A stretch of DNA of 64,000 nt from a virus: positions 1-64,000 of the IMG/VR virus record IMGVR_UViG_3300044904_000300. One strand, written 5' to 3'. Below are positions 50,585 to 60,639 of this stretch, piece by piece (the first letter of the stretch is position 1; every line of letters begins with the position of its first letter). The position numbers were made by a program, and so were the translations under genes. Below the pieces are notes generated by a model. The model made no database searches and was not told where the DNA came from. It saw only the letters and a program-made list of their open reading frames with translations.

Positions 50585-52693
50585 GTGCCAAATTTTGGTT
50601 TCATCGACGCTCGCACCGCCGCAGAACTGCTCCTCGCTCCCGCTGCACCTGCTCGCCGGAGTTCGACGGACACTAGTTCACTCAACTTGGCGCTTGGTGG
50701 CGCTGCGTCTCCGGGTTCGATCACAAGTATGGCGCAGGTCACAGGAGCTATTCGGGGAGTGCTTGCGACCGCCGAAATCTCACACTCAACGACCGCGGGA
50801 TACGCGGCCGCCTTGAACGCGACCTATGCGAACCTCCAGTCGGGGACCGCGGTGAGTGCTGCCGTTGATCCGATGTTCCTTCAAAACTCTGGCGCGACGA
50901 TAAACCTTCCCGGGCTCTCACTTGCAGCATCCTCATACGGATTGGATGCAGGGGTCCAACTTCCAGGGCCCGTGCAGTTCGTGCAGTTCTCGGGGTTGCG
51001 ACCAGGACAGATGCCGAGTGTCTCGATGGCGGGCGCGATAGCGGACCGTAAGAACCAAGTGCAGGGACTTGCAGCTCGGTTCTCCGCGTCGGCCGCGAAC
51101 CCCTCGTCAAGCGGCGTGCAACTCGCCGAGAACCCAGTTCGTTCGAACTATCCGCTACCCATAGAACTGAATGTCCCGCTGTTCCCGCGCTCGGCGACGG
51201 GTGGAGCGGTTGCACAGGAAGACCCGATCATCCAAGACAAAGCCAAGTTCCTGGTGCAGGGCGTCGTGACTGCTTCAGGGAAACCTGGGTTCTGGTCCCG
51301 TGCAGTAACTTCGGTGACTGCTTCTGTTGCGCCAGGGATCAACCAGAAGTTGGGGCAGTCCTTCGCGGATAGTAGTGGTTCCGGTGGGTGGAGTGAGCCG
51401 GCGTCACCGTATGCGGCGCAGTATCCCTATAACAAGGCGACCCAGACCGAGTCGGGGCACCTGTGGGAACTAGACGACACACCGGGTGCGGAGCGCATCC
51501 ACATCTTCCATCGTTCGGGGTCCTTTATTGAATGGCACCCGGACGGCACGGTGGTCTATAAGAACATGCGCGACGGCTACATGCTGACGATGGCCGACCA
51601 GAATGTGAAAGTGGTGGGTCGGTGCAACATCTTTGTGGGCGGGAACACAACGCTGTATTCAAAGGGTGATATCGATATTCAAACCGAGGGCGAGTTCAAC
51701 CTGCAGTGTGGAAAGGACTTCAACATCTTCGCACAAAACATCAACCTCCGAGCGAAACAAAACTTCAAGGGTGACGGCGCTATTATAGATTTGCGTTACA
51801 TCACGCTTCCGACCCAGATCATTCCGGTCATCGGTGGGCTTGCGCCAAGAGTGAATCTCGCTGCGTTGGCTGCGGACTTCCCAACGGGGAACTTCGCGGA
51901 TGTGGTGCAGGAATCGCTCGCGCACCCGTTGGACCAAACTTCGCTTGCAAGCAAACTCCAGTTTCAGTCACCGGAAGAGCAAGCAGCGCAAACCACGGTT
52001 CCCCCAAGTTTCCCACAAAACCCTTTGGCAAACCCCGAGGCTTACACTATTGCGACTCCCGCTGCGGCTGCGTATCGTGCGCGGTTCTTTGATACCCCCG
52101 AAGAGTGCGGGAACTTCTCGTTGTATGCGTCACATATTGGGCTGCAACAGGCGCTTGGTGATATCAGTATCATCGCGGACCCTCGCCAGTTGAGCGGAAA
52201 ACTTACCGGTGTCGTCCCCATAGGAAACGGAAGCGCGATAGCGTCCATCGACTTCCTCAACTTCAAGGATTTCGCGGGGCAGTTCATTTATAGAGGATCA
52301 CAGCAAGTGGGCGGAACTTCCTTTAGCTATGGAATGCTTGTGGATACGGTCTTGGCCGCGGATGTGGTTTCCCCGAAGGCTACTCCTGCAGATGCAGCAG
52401 TCGCGCTTGGCGCAACCCCCGCGGCCCTGGCGCTTACAGCAGAGACAGAGACTTTGGCAGGACAGGGTGTGATCGGGAGCAACGGAGTAAGTGCTGCAGT
52501 CGCTACGGTTCCCACAGAGGTACCCGTCGCCAATACGGTTGCACCATCACCCGCAGCGAATGTTGAACCTGTCGTGGTTCCGACAACTCCGACACCCGTA
52601 ACGGTTCCTATCGATACTTCGCCTATCAGCACTTCAAATACTGGCGGCGGGGGGATTGATAGAAGCTTCCTCGTTCGTCCACAGAAAGACTAA
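50585..52693 (+). CDS. gp5: Remainder of gp5 (baseplate spike), in frame with the OB-fold ORF
   Basis: W.EP.SPY...YPYN..T.SGH..E.DDTPG.ERI...HRSGSF.E.HPDG beta-helix start; SD AGGAG with GTG at 50585. Confidence 0.8.
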   Translation: MPNFGFIDARTAAELLLAPAAPARRSSTDTSSLNLALGGAASPGSITSMAQVTGAIRGVLATAEISHSTTAGYAAALNATYANLQSGTAVSAAVDPMFLQNSGATINLPGLSLAASSYGLDAGVQLPGPVQFVQFSGLRPGQMPSVSMAGAIADRKNQVQGLAARFSASAANPSSSGVQLAENPVRSNYPLPIELNVPLFPRSATGGAVAQEDPIIQDKAKFLVQGVVTASGKPGFWSRAVTSVTASVAPGINQKLGQSFADSSGSGGWSEPASPYAAQYPYNKATQTESGHLWELDDTPGAERIHIFHRSGSFIEWHPDGTVVYKNMRDGYMLTMADQNVKVVGRCNIFVGGNTTLYSKGDIDIQTEGEFNLQCGKDFNIFAQNINLRAKQNFKGDGAIIDLRYITLPTQIIPVIGGLAPRVNLAALAADFPTGNFADVVQESLAHPLDQTSLASKLQFQSPEEQAAQTTVPPSFPQNPLANPEAYTIATPAAAAYRARFFDTPEECGNFSLYASHIGLQQALGDISIIADPRQLSGKLTGVVPIGNGSAIASIDFLNFKDFAGQFIYRGSQQVGGTSFSYGMLVDTVLAADVVSPKATPADAAVALGATPAALALTAETETLAGQGVIGSNGVSAAVATVPTEVPVANTVAPSPAANVEPVVVPTTPTPVTVPIDTSPISTSNTGGGGIDRSFLVRPQKD

Positions 52694-52695
52694 TA

Positions 52696-54594
52696 ATGGC
52701 TATCCTCAACCCGAATACAGGTCGTGTCGTTCAAGGTGTCGCGCAGGGTCCGTGTTCTGTGGATGGAAAGATCGGTGTCGCACAATACGGGGGCTGGGCG
52801 AAATGGTTGTATGACGATACGGTCATCTATACGACAGGGAACGCAGTAGATCCCACAGATCACTCACAGGACCGCATCGAGAGCTTCAATATCAATACTG
52901 GGGCTCGCACCATTCTCACCAATCGGGGCGCCAATATCCTCGAAGCAGGAGCTGGACGCTGGTGCGGCTGGACCGACGGCACATCCGGCATCTTCGGCAG
53001 TCTCACAAATGCTCATGCTGGACTAAAAAACATCGGCCCCGACGGCACAATAGCGATTACTCCGATCTATGCAAGCGGTCTCGGGTGTCGTCTGTATTCC
53101 CCTGATGGACGGGTCACAGAGGGGCCACAGGAGGCGATGAAAGCTCTGCGCGTAACTGGTCCCACCTCTGCGATCTGGACGCTCAACGGGGATATACACG
53201 CTTTGAACGGAAGTGTGCCGGTAGGACAAGCGGGTCCAGCTTACCGGCCGAAGCGCGTTGTAATCGGGCAAGAGGAATGGATCATCTACGAAACGACTAT
53301 TGGTATTGTCGCGCACCCGTATAGTTCGCTGATGGGGTATCGAATCGCTGCGCCCGGGCAAGCATTCTGGGTGGATGTTATCGCGTGGCAGGGCAAGCTT
53401 CGTGTCGCCTATTCATCAAATGCCGCGGACACGCCACAGGGGCTCGTCGTGCGGGATATCGATATTCGCTCCAAGCGCACGGACTTGTCTAAACTCGGGT
53501 CTGGTGGGTACCAAGCACAAAGTCAATCGTTCGTTGTAACCTCATCAACGACCGCGGTTCCCGCATCTCCCGCGTCAGTTATCTTCGCGCAGAATGGGTT
53601 GCTGGAAGACGAGATTGCATATCGTCTCGCGTTAGTAGCGACGAACATTTTGGAGCCCCTGAAGAAGCAGTATCCCAACATCGTGGTGATAAGCGGATTT
53701 CGGCAAACGAACACGGGGATTGGTCAGCACGAACGGGGCGAGGCCGTAGACATCCAGATCAAGAACCAAACGGATGCGCTCTTGTATGAGTGCGCGTCGT
53801 GGATACGGGATCATCTTCCCTTTGACCAGTTGATCCTCAACTTTACAGCACAAGGCGATAAGAAACCTTGGATACATGTGTCGTTCTCGCCCACATCTCT
53901 GCGCTATGATGTGCAGACCAAGGACTATGCGGACAACTTCCACCAAGGTTTAGGGATGGTGATAGATTACACCACGCAGGAAGCCGCGACGATGTTGATC
54001 GCGCAAGCACAAGTCGATGCGTTGATTGCGAACACCCTAACGACACAGCAGGCCCGAGAGACGCGCTCTGCGACCTCTGTGGTCTATGGAGACGATGTGC
54101 CACAGACGGTGGTGCTGGTGTCGAATGCTTCGCGCCCCGAATACATAGAAGTGATCTCCAAGATCACGGACATTATGCTCCCGTATCTGGGTGGACTTCC
54201 CGAGGGAGAAGCTGCGTTTCAGATCCTGCTTCGGGTCGCGTGGCAGCTACGGGGTGAGGGTGTTGGGCTCATCATTACTCCAACCAACTCGCGGGGAATG
54301 CAGATCGCAAGCGAGGATGAGGATTTCTTTGTGAACTATGCGACCGCGAACGGACAAAGCGGGGGCTACAACTTTTCGGGGCGCTGGGTCGGCTATTCAA
54401 CGGGACAGATGTTTCAGATTCTTGGACCTCTTGGGACATTCCTTCCGCAGTGGACCGCAGCGCCAACAACCGGGACAACGAATCCTCCGTCAGCGTCACG
54501 GTGGAAGCCCGCGATAGATCCAGGTTCGCAATATACCACCGCATGGCAAACTGTCGTTTTGGCGCCCAGTTCTAACTCCGCGGTGAACTTCTAA
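52696..54594 (+). CDS. Virion protein with peptidase M15 (Zn muropeptidase) domain
   Basis: NILEPL....I...SGFR....QH..GEAVDI...FDQLIL....WIHVSF. Confidence 0.8.
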   Translation: MAILNPNTGRVVQGVAQGPCSVDGKIGVAQYGGWAKWLYDDTVIYTTGNAVDPTDHSQDRIESFNINTGARTILTNRGANILEAGAGRWCGWTDGTSGIFGSLTNAHAGLKNIGPDGTIAITPIYASGLGCRLYSPDGRVTEGPQEAMKALRVTGPTSAIWTLNGDIHALNGSVPVGQAGPAYRPKRVVIGQEEWIIYETTIGIVAHPYSSLMGYRIAAPGQAFWVDVIAWQGKLRVAYSSNAADTPQGLVVRDIDIRSKRTDLSKLGSGGYQAQSQSFVVTSSTTAVPASPASVIFAQNGLLEDEIAYRLALVATNILEPLKKQYPNIVVISGFRQTNTGIGQHERGEAVDIQIKNQTDALLYECASWIRDHLPFDQLILNFTAQGDKKPWIHVSFSPTSLRYDVQTKDYADNFHQGLGMVIDYTTQEAATMLIAQAQVDALIANTLTTQQARETRSATSVVYGDDVPQTVVLVSNASRPEYIEVISKITDIMLPYLGGLPEGEAAFQILLRVAWQLRGEGVGLIITPTNSRGMQIASEDEDFFVNYATANGQSGGYNFSGRWVGYSTGQMFQILGPLGTFLPQWTAAPTTGTTNPPSASRWKPAIDPGSQYTTAWQTVVLAPSSNSAVNF

Positions 54595-54614
54595 AAGAAC
54601 GGCTAAATACGAGC

Positions 54615-55019
54615 ATGGCAGACGCAAATTTCCAGAACGTGCGGGAGTATAAGGACATTTCGTTATCGATGGGGCTCAACCCCGTCACGAACGACATTAT
54701 TACTCTCACGGGCGCCGCGGCGGTCGTGCGGTCTATCAAGACGCTCATGCAGACTTATGCGGGAGAAGTACCGTTCTTTCCAGATTTCGCGTCCCGTCTT
54801 CGAGAACTGCTCTTTGAACCGATTGACTCGATTACGACCAGTTTGATAGAAACCGAACTTCAAACGATCCTTGACGCTTACGAACCGCGGGCGACGATAC
54901 AGACGATCACCGTCACGCCAGACCCGGACAACAACCAGTATCTTGTCCTCTTGGAAATTCAGATCGTCAATACTGCCGAGGACGTGACGTTCAGCTTGTA
55001 TCTCAAACGACTCAGATAA
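54615..55019 (+). CDS. gp25: Baseplate wedge protein
   Basis: YKDI.LS...NP...DI.....AV.RSI..L..T..GE.PF.P.F.S.L..LLFE; YEPR; late promoter at 54603. Confidence 0.93.
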   Translation: MADANFQNVREYKDISLSMGLNPVTNDIITLTGAAAVVRSIKTLMQTYAGEVPFFPDFASRLRELLFEPIDSITTSLIETELQTILDAYEPRATIQTITVTPDPDNNQYLVLLEIQIVNTAEDVTFSLYLKRLR

Positions 55020-55028
55020 GAGTGATTC

Positions 55029-56921
55029 ATGCCAGCACTTACTAACCAAATCAACATCGGCGAGCTTGACTACGATACCATCCTGCAGAACCTCGTGACG
55101 TTCATGAAGAACGACCCGGAGTTCACGGACTATGATTTCTCGGGAAGCGGATTGCGGCTGCTCTCCCGTGTGCTGGCGTATGTTATTTTTTACCAGAACT
55201 ACTACCTCTCAGCGGCCATCAACGAGTCATTCCTCGACACCGCGCAGCTTCGCAGCAGCGTGGCCGCGCACGCCCGAATGCTGGGCTACGAGATTTCGGG
55301 GAGTAAGTCCGCGAAACTCTATGCGAACGTCGCGGTCCTCTTGAATAACACCGACGCTGCAGTTATCACGCTTCCTGCACTCACGCAGTTTGTGCTCTCC
55401 GCCAATAGCAACTATACATTCTATAATACGCAGGATGAGACCCTCGTGGCTAACGCGGTCTCGGGCTACTACGAAAACTCGAATGTCCTGTTGGTTGAGG
55501 GGCGCCCACTCACGTATCGCTGGACGGTCAGCACCGACCCCACGCAACGTTTCGTCATTCCAAACGCGAACATCGACTATAACACCATCGCTGTTACCGT
55601 GCAGGCGAACGAAAATAGCAACGTTTTTACGAACTTCTATCGGGCAACGGACTATCTCACTATTGGTCCGACCGACCCGGTGTTCTTCGTGCAGGAAAGC
55701 TACGACGGGTACCCAGAAATCAAGTTCGGCAACGATGTGCTCGGGCAATCCGTTCCGATAGACAGTATCGTGATTACCAGTTACTTCATTAGCAGCGGGA
55801 CGGGCGGAAACAGCATCAGGGGACCGTTCAGTATCAAAACCGCGAACATCGCGGGATTCGCAACAGGTGCGACCTACGTGAACGCCAATAGTGCACCAAG
55901 TTCTGGTGGGACTGACGCGGAAACCCTGGATAACGCACGCTTTATGGCGCCGCAAGTCTATCAAGCCCAGAACCGTTGCGTTACCGCCGAAGACTACAAA
56001 GCCATCATCCTGCAGGAATACGGCGAGAACATCGCTGCGATCAACGTCTTCGGGGGCGAGGATGGAAACCCAGACGACCCACTCAACCGACCGAACTTCG
56101 GACACGTCTACATCGTGCTCAAACCCAAGTTGAGCGATACCTTTACGGACACGATCAAGTCCTACATTACGACAAACATCGTCAAACCGCACGCGGTGAT
56201 TGGCGTGATCCCCGAAGTCGTGGACCCCGACTATGTGTTTATCCGCGTCATCACTTCCGTGCGCTATGACCCTCGGCAAACGACACGCTCGAAACTCCAA
56301 CTCGAACAGGCGATAGATGACAGTATCGCAGCCTACGCAGAACAAAATGTCGAAAAGTTTGATACTTCATTCCGGTTCTCCAAGTTCACTCGGGTTATTG
56401 ATGATTCTGATGATGCGATAGTCAGCAGCCTCACGCGGTGCGACTTGGAAAAACGCATCTTCCCGGTGCTTGGAAACTCAAACCAGTTCACGCTGAAGTT
56501 TGGGGCCCCGCTCCGTCGCAACGGTACAGACTCGGTGATCCTCCAAGCCACTTCACATCGGTTTGACTACATCTCGGATCTAGACAGCCAAAGTTACACT
56601 AACTGCTTCCTACACGAAGAGGTCGGAAACATCTATGTTGCGGTGCTTGCGGGCACGGGAGTAGTCACCAAGATCACAAACAGCATCGGAACGGTGGATA
56701 TTGATAATGGGCTGGTCATCCTCACCAACTTTGCTCCGACTGCAATAGAGAACGGGGAACTGGATGTGCGGATTGAGGTGATCCCATCCGTGAACGACTT
56801 TACCCCAACGCTGAACCAACTATACACGCTGGACGAAACGGACATTCAAGTGCAGTTATTGAATGACTTGACCGCAACCGTCAGCGATCAAACAGCCTTC
56901 TTTGCGGGAGGCGTGGTCTAA
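55029..56921 (+). CDS. gp6: Baseplate wedge protein
   Basis: ELDYD.I..NL..F....EF.DYDF.GSG...L..LAY...Y; ESFLDTA..R.SV; QNR.VT..DY. Confidence 0.93.
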   Translation: MPALTNQINIGELDYDTILQNLVTFMKNDPEFTDYDFSGSGLRLLSRVLAYVIFYQNYYLSAAINESFLDTAQLRSSVAAHARMLGYEISGSKSAKLYANVAVLLNNTDAAVITLPALTQFVLSANSNYTFYNTQDETLVANAVSGYYENSNVLLVEGRPLTYRWTVSTDPTQRFVIPNANIDYNTIAVTVQANENSNVFTNFYRATDYLTIGPTDPVFFVQESYDGYPEIKFGNDVLGQSVPIDSIVITSYFISSGTGGNSIRGPFSIKTANIAGFATGATYVNANSAPSSGGTDAETLDNARFMAPQVYQAQNRCVTAEDYKAIILQEYGENIAAINVFGGEDGNPDDPLNRPNFGHVYIVLKPKLSDTFTDTIKSYITTNIVKPHAVIGVIPEVVDPDYVFIRVITSVRYDPRQTTRSKLQLEQAIDDSIAAYAEQNVEKFDTSFRFSKFTRVIDDSDDAIVSSLTRCDLEKRIFPVLGNSNQFTLKFGAPLRRNGTDSVILQATSHRFDYISDLDSQSYTNCFLHEEVGNIYVAVLAGTGVVTKITNSIGTVDIDNGLVILTNFAPTAIENGELDVRIEVIPSVNDFTPTLNQLYTLDETDIQVQLLNDLTATVSDQTAFFAGGVV

Positions 56922-56924
56922 CCT

Positions 56925-59900
56925 ATGCGCCCTTATCTGCCCGGCCAAGACTTCTACAACCTCATCGAGACCGCCGTTCCCGAGGTGATACGAGCGGAAT
57001 ACCCGATGTTTGTGGACTTCCTCAAACTATTTCTCACCTACTTGGAACAAGAGCGAGTGACTGCAAACACAACGGTGATGAGTGAGTATGGTGCGCTGGC
57101 GAATAACCAAATAGTTACTACGGTGTCGCTTGGGGGCGTGTCCTACGAGATGCGGAAGTTCCTTGAATACCGGGATGTGAGCACCACGCTTGACGAATTT
57201 GTGCCTCACTTCTTGCAGATGTTTGCGAAGAACTGGCCACAGCATACCTATGTGACTCCCGACCAGTTCGTCACAACGCTTCGTTACTTCTACACGCACA
57301 AGAGCCTTGAGGAAACCGCGCAGTGGTTCTTCCGGGCGCTCTTCAACGAACATGCGGACCTCTATTACCCTCGCACGGACATCCTCAAAGCCAGCGATGG
57401 AACTTGGTATACAGAAACCTCGTTCAAAGTCGGTGCTCCAGCGAACGGGTACCCTAATACAGATGTCGCGCAATACTACATGGGACAGGTGATCCGTTCC
57501 GCAACGGGACAAGCCCAGGTTGAGCGAGTGCGAACCACCGTCGTCGGGCAGTCCTTTGGGTCGTATCTGTATGTGAACGAACTGCTGCTCAATAAAGATA
57601 GCATCGTTGGGTCCTTTGAAGCGGGACAGGATGTATGGAACCTCAACAGCATCCCTGAAATCCATACGACGATCCTTCCAGGTATCACCGGCGTGGACAT
57701 CCTTGAGGGTGGTGCCGCATACCAAGTTGGGGATATCGTTACATTCAGTCAGGGCCCGGGACAAGGCGAGGGGTTCGGCGCGGCCGCGGTTGTTTCCGCA
57801 GTAGGCAAGGCTCCGCTAAACGGCGTGACGATCAACGATGGCGGCGATGGGTATGTCGTTGGTGACCCGGTGGTCTTTACAAGTTCATCGGGGACGGGAG
57901 CAGATGCGGTGATCGACCAGGTCATCACCGGAAACTTCCTGTTGGAAGACGGGTCGGGGTATATACTCGGAGAAGCGAAACTCACGGGAGATATCCAGTA
58001 TCTCGATCTTGAGGACCGCAGTTTCATCGCGCAGGACCTGACGATAGAGAAGTTCGTGGACGGGACGATTGAGATCGGCGCCGCAGATTACAGCGCAGCC
58101 GACCAACCAGACTGGACTGCCAATACGATCCTTGAGTATGTGTTCGCATCAACGGGACGTGTCGCCTTTATGATCCCTTGGTGTTTCAGGGATTTCAGCG
58201 GGAACACCGCGAATGTGACGCTGGCAAACACGATGTTGGTGGTCGATATGACCTCCAACGCGACCTTTGCGAATAACGACGCGAATGTTTATGTGATCGC
58301 CGCACCGACTGATGCTACCACCACTCGCGCCACAGCAAGCATCACGGGGCGCGTGCTTCTGTCGGAGATCGCTTCGGGCGGGAACAACCGCAACCGGCTC
58401 TATGTGACCAATACGACGATGGGGTTTGCTACGCTGCAGACCGTCAAGTATGAGGGGTCTAATAAGGTTGGAACGGGAGTCGTCAAGATCACTTCGGGGC
58501 TCGCAAATGTCGTGGGTACCGGAACGAGTTTTCTTGCAGAGGTCTCACCGAACGCGCACCTATCTGTATCAGGCGGAACCTATGTTGTGAAGTCCGTTGT
58601 GAACAGCACATTCCTTACGCTCTATACCACACCAGGGTCAAGCGTGACGGCGGCCTTTACTATCGTGCCTACGGGAACCGTGCGCTCGGTTACGAACCAG
58701 TCGCAACAGAACTTTGGGAAGATCCGTCATATTCAGTTCCTCTCACCAGGAAGTGGATACGCTGCGCCCCCGATCACGACCGCGAATGACGTGTTCGCGC
58801 TCGCGCAAGAGGTCTATTACTACGATGCTGGGTCGAACACATTCGTCGCATCGAACGGAACGATCCACGTCTTTAAGAGTGCGAACCTCGTCGCGCAACA
58901 ATCTGCGGGACAGATTACACACATCGATATGACGGATTCCGGGGTTTATTACACGGATGCGAACTCGATTGCAGTCACCGCTATTCATTCTCTGATGGTA
59001 CCGGAAGCACGGGACGCGCAACTCACAGCGAACATCGGGCTGGGATCAATCACCTCCAAGTTCGGTGCGTATCGCAATACCCAGGGATTTTTGAGTGCAG
59101 ACAAGTATTTGCAGGACGGTGACTACTATAACGACCACACCTATGTGGTGCGAGTCGCGGAATCCTTTGACCGGTGGGAGGCCATCTATAAGAAGATCCT
59201 GCATCCTGCGGGGTTCAAGGTCCTCGGAGAGTTTGTCCTCGCGGTAGATGCTGACGTGGATACACAGTTGGATGCGTTTGTCGCGGACGATGCAGTGCTG
59301 GATCTTGAAATCTTCCCCGAGGGTGCAGACATTCAGATCGGCGGCAGCGCGGACATGGAAGATACGAAACCTCCGAGCATCAGCGGAGCGAAGTTTATGA
59401 TGCTTGCGGGAAACGGGGCTCCGCTCTTTTCGTCGGATAGTGGATCAACGTGGAGTGTTCCTACGTTCACCGACCTCTCGCCCACCAAAACGGCACTTCC
59501 TGCGACACTTCGTGGTGGAAATGGCGGCGGAGCGGGCGCGCTGAACTGGGGTACAGGGTCTATCCCGTTTGCAGCGAACACGATGTATTTTCCAGTAGAT
59601 GATGGTGTGGGAAATCTTGGAATTCGTTTGTTGGCTAATGTGGGTGGCGTGCTCACATCGGAGTTTATCTTTGACTTCGCGCTCCTGGGCATTTACATTA
59701 GTGGAAACCCTGCACCAGTAGTTGCTATCGATAGTTTAGTAACGGATGGAACGACGATTTTTGCAAAGTGTGAGACATCCTCAAAAATCTTTATCGTCAA
59801 AATCCCGATTGCAGACCCTTCAACCGCGACACTTTGGGCTGCAGGGTCGGTGAGTTTGGGAAGCATCACAAATGGTGCGGTTGATGCGGACTATACGAAC

Positions 59901-60620
59901 TTTGGATACCTCGGACCGATCACCGGACCGCTAGTTCTATGGGCCCCCGATAAACTTGTGATGACGCGCTGCGATCATAGCACATTCTCGGGGATCATCT
60001 ACAAGACGATTGGTGATACGGGCGCGTGGAAGGTGGAGAGCCCGTGGACAAACTACCCAGCGACCTTGACGGTGAGTGGGGGCGACCCAAATACACTTTG
60101 GCTCACAGTTAAAGAGGGGTCTAGTTCGACAGCGAACATCGCGCTGTGGAGTCGAGATTATGCCAATACGTGGACCAAGGTGGTTACATATCAAAACATC
60201 GATGAGGACGTGACTTCGGGGCCGATGATCATTTGGACAACGGGGGAAAGTATTCTGATGGCGACGGTCGATTCCGCCGACCCAGGAAACCGTCACTGGA
60301 TGTATTCATCTAACTCTGGTGCGACATTTACTGAAGTTGGTACCGCATACTCGACGTGGGGCGACCTCTGGTATAACTATAATGCGTTCGCCGTAAGCCC
60401 AGAAGATGGCGCCGGGGTATTCACTATTGCAGAAGCCGTGGGTGTGGACTACGAGGGGCACACAACGACAAAGGTCAAACTCTCACAGTTTGATATGAAT
60501 ACGAAGACGATGACAGAAATCACGCTCACGCCCGATGTCATTCTATATCCGAGCTATGGTTCGTGGGCGGGCTTCTATCGTCCTATTCTTGGAATGATTA
60601 ATCCGGTACCCCTCTCATAA
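56925..60620 (+). CDS. Large baseplate wedge protein (gp7-like)
   Basis: P..IR.EYP.FV.F..F..YLE; FFR.LF......YP..DILKASDG.W; LQD..YY...YV....W......LHPAGF. Confidence 0.75.
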   Translation: MRPYLPGQDFYNLIETAVPEVIRAEYPMFVDFLKLFLTYLEQERVTANTTVMSEYGALANNQIVTTVSLGGVSYEMRKFLEYRDVSTTLDEFVPHFLQMFAKNWPQHTYVTPDQFVTTLRYFYTHKSLEETAQWFFRALFNEHADLYYPRTDILKASDGTWYTETSFKVGAPANGYPNTDVAQYYMGQVIRSATGQAQVERVRTTVVGQSFGSYLYVNELLLNKDSIVGSFEAGQDVWNLNSIPEIHTTILPGITGVDILEGGAAYQVGDIVTFSQGPGQGEGFGAAAVVSAVGKAPLNGVTINDGGDGYVVGDPVVFTSSSGTGADAVIDQVITGNFLLEDGSGYILGEAKLTGDIQYLDLEDRSFIAQDLTIEKFVDGTIEIGAADYSAADQPDWTANTILEYVFASTGRVAFMIPWCFRDFSGNTANVTLANTMLVVDMTSNATFANNDANVYVIAAPTDATTTRATASITGRVLLSEIASGGNNRNRLYVTNTTMGFATLQTVKYEGSNKVGTGVVKITSGLANVVGTGTSFLAEVSPNAHLSVSGGTYVVKSVVNSTFLTLYTTPGSSVTAAFTIVPTGTVRSVTNQSQQNFGKIRHIQFLSPGSGYAAPPITTANDVFALAQEVYYYDAGSNTFVASNGTIHVFKSANLVAQQSAGQITHIDMTDSGVYYTDANSIAVTAIHSLMVPEARDAQLTANIGLGSITSKFGAYRNTQGFLSADKYLQDGDYYNDHTYVVRVAESFDRWEAIYKKILHPAGFKVLGEFVLAVDADVDTQLDAFVADDAVLDLEIFPEGADIQIGGSADMEDTKPPSISGAKFMMLAGNGAPLFSSDSGSTWSVPTFTDLSPTKTALPATLRGGNGGGAGALNWGTGSIPFAANTMYFPVDDGVGNLGIRLLANVGGVLTSEFIFDFALLGIYISGNPAPVVAIDSLVTDGTTIFAKCETSSKIFIVKIPIADPSTATLWAAGSVSLGSITNGAVDADYTNFGYLGPITGPLVLWAPDKLVMTRCDHSTFSGIIYKTIGDTGAWKVESPWTNYPATLTVSGGDPNTLWLTVKEGSSSTANIALWSRDYANTWTKVVTYQNIDEDVTSGPMIIWTTGESILMATVDSADPGNRHWMYSSNSGATFTEVGTAYSTWGDLWYNYNAFAVSPEDGAGVFTIAEAVGVDYEGHTTTKVKLSQFDMNTKTMTEITLTPDVILYPSYGSWAGFYRPILGMINPVPLS

Positions 60621-60639
60621 CGTGCTCTAAATACACACT

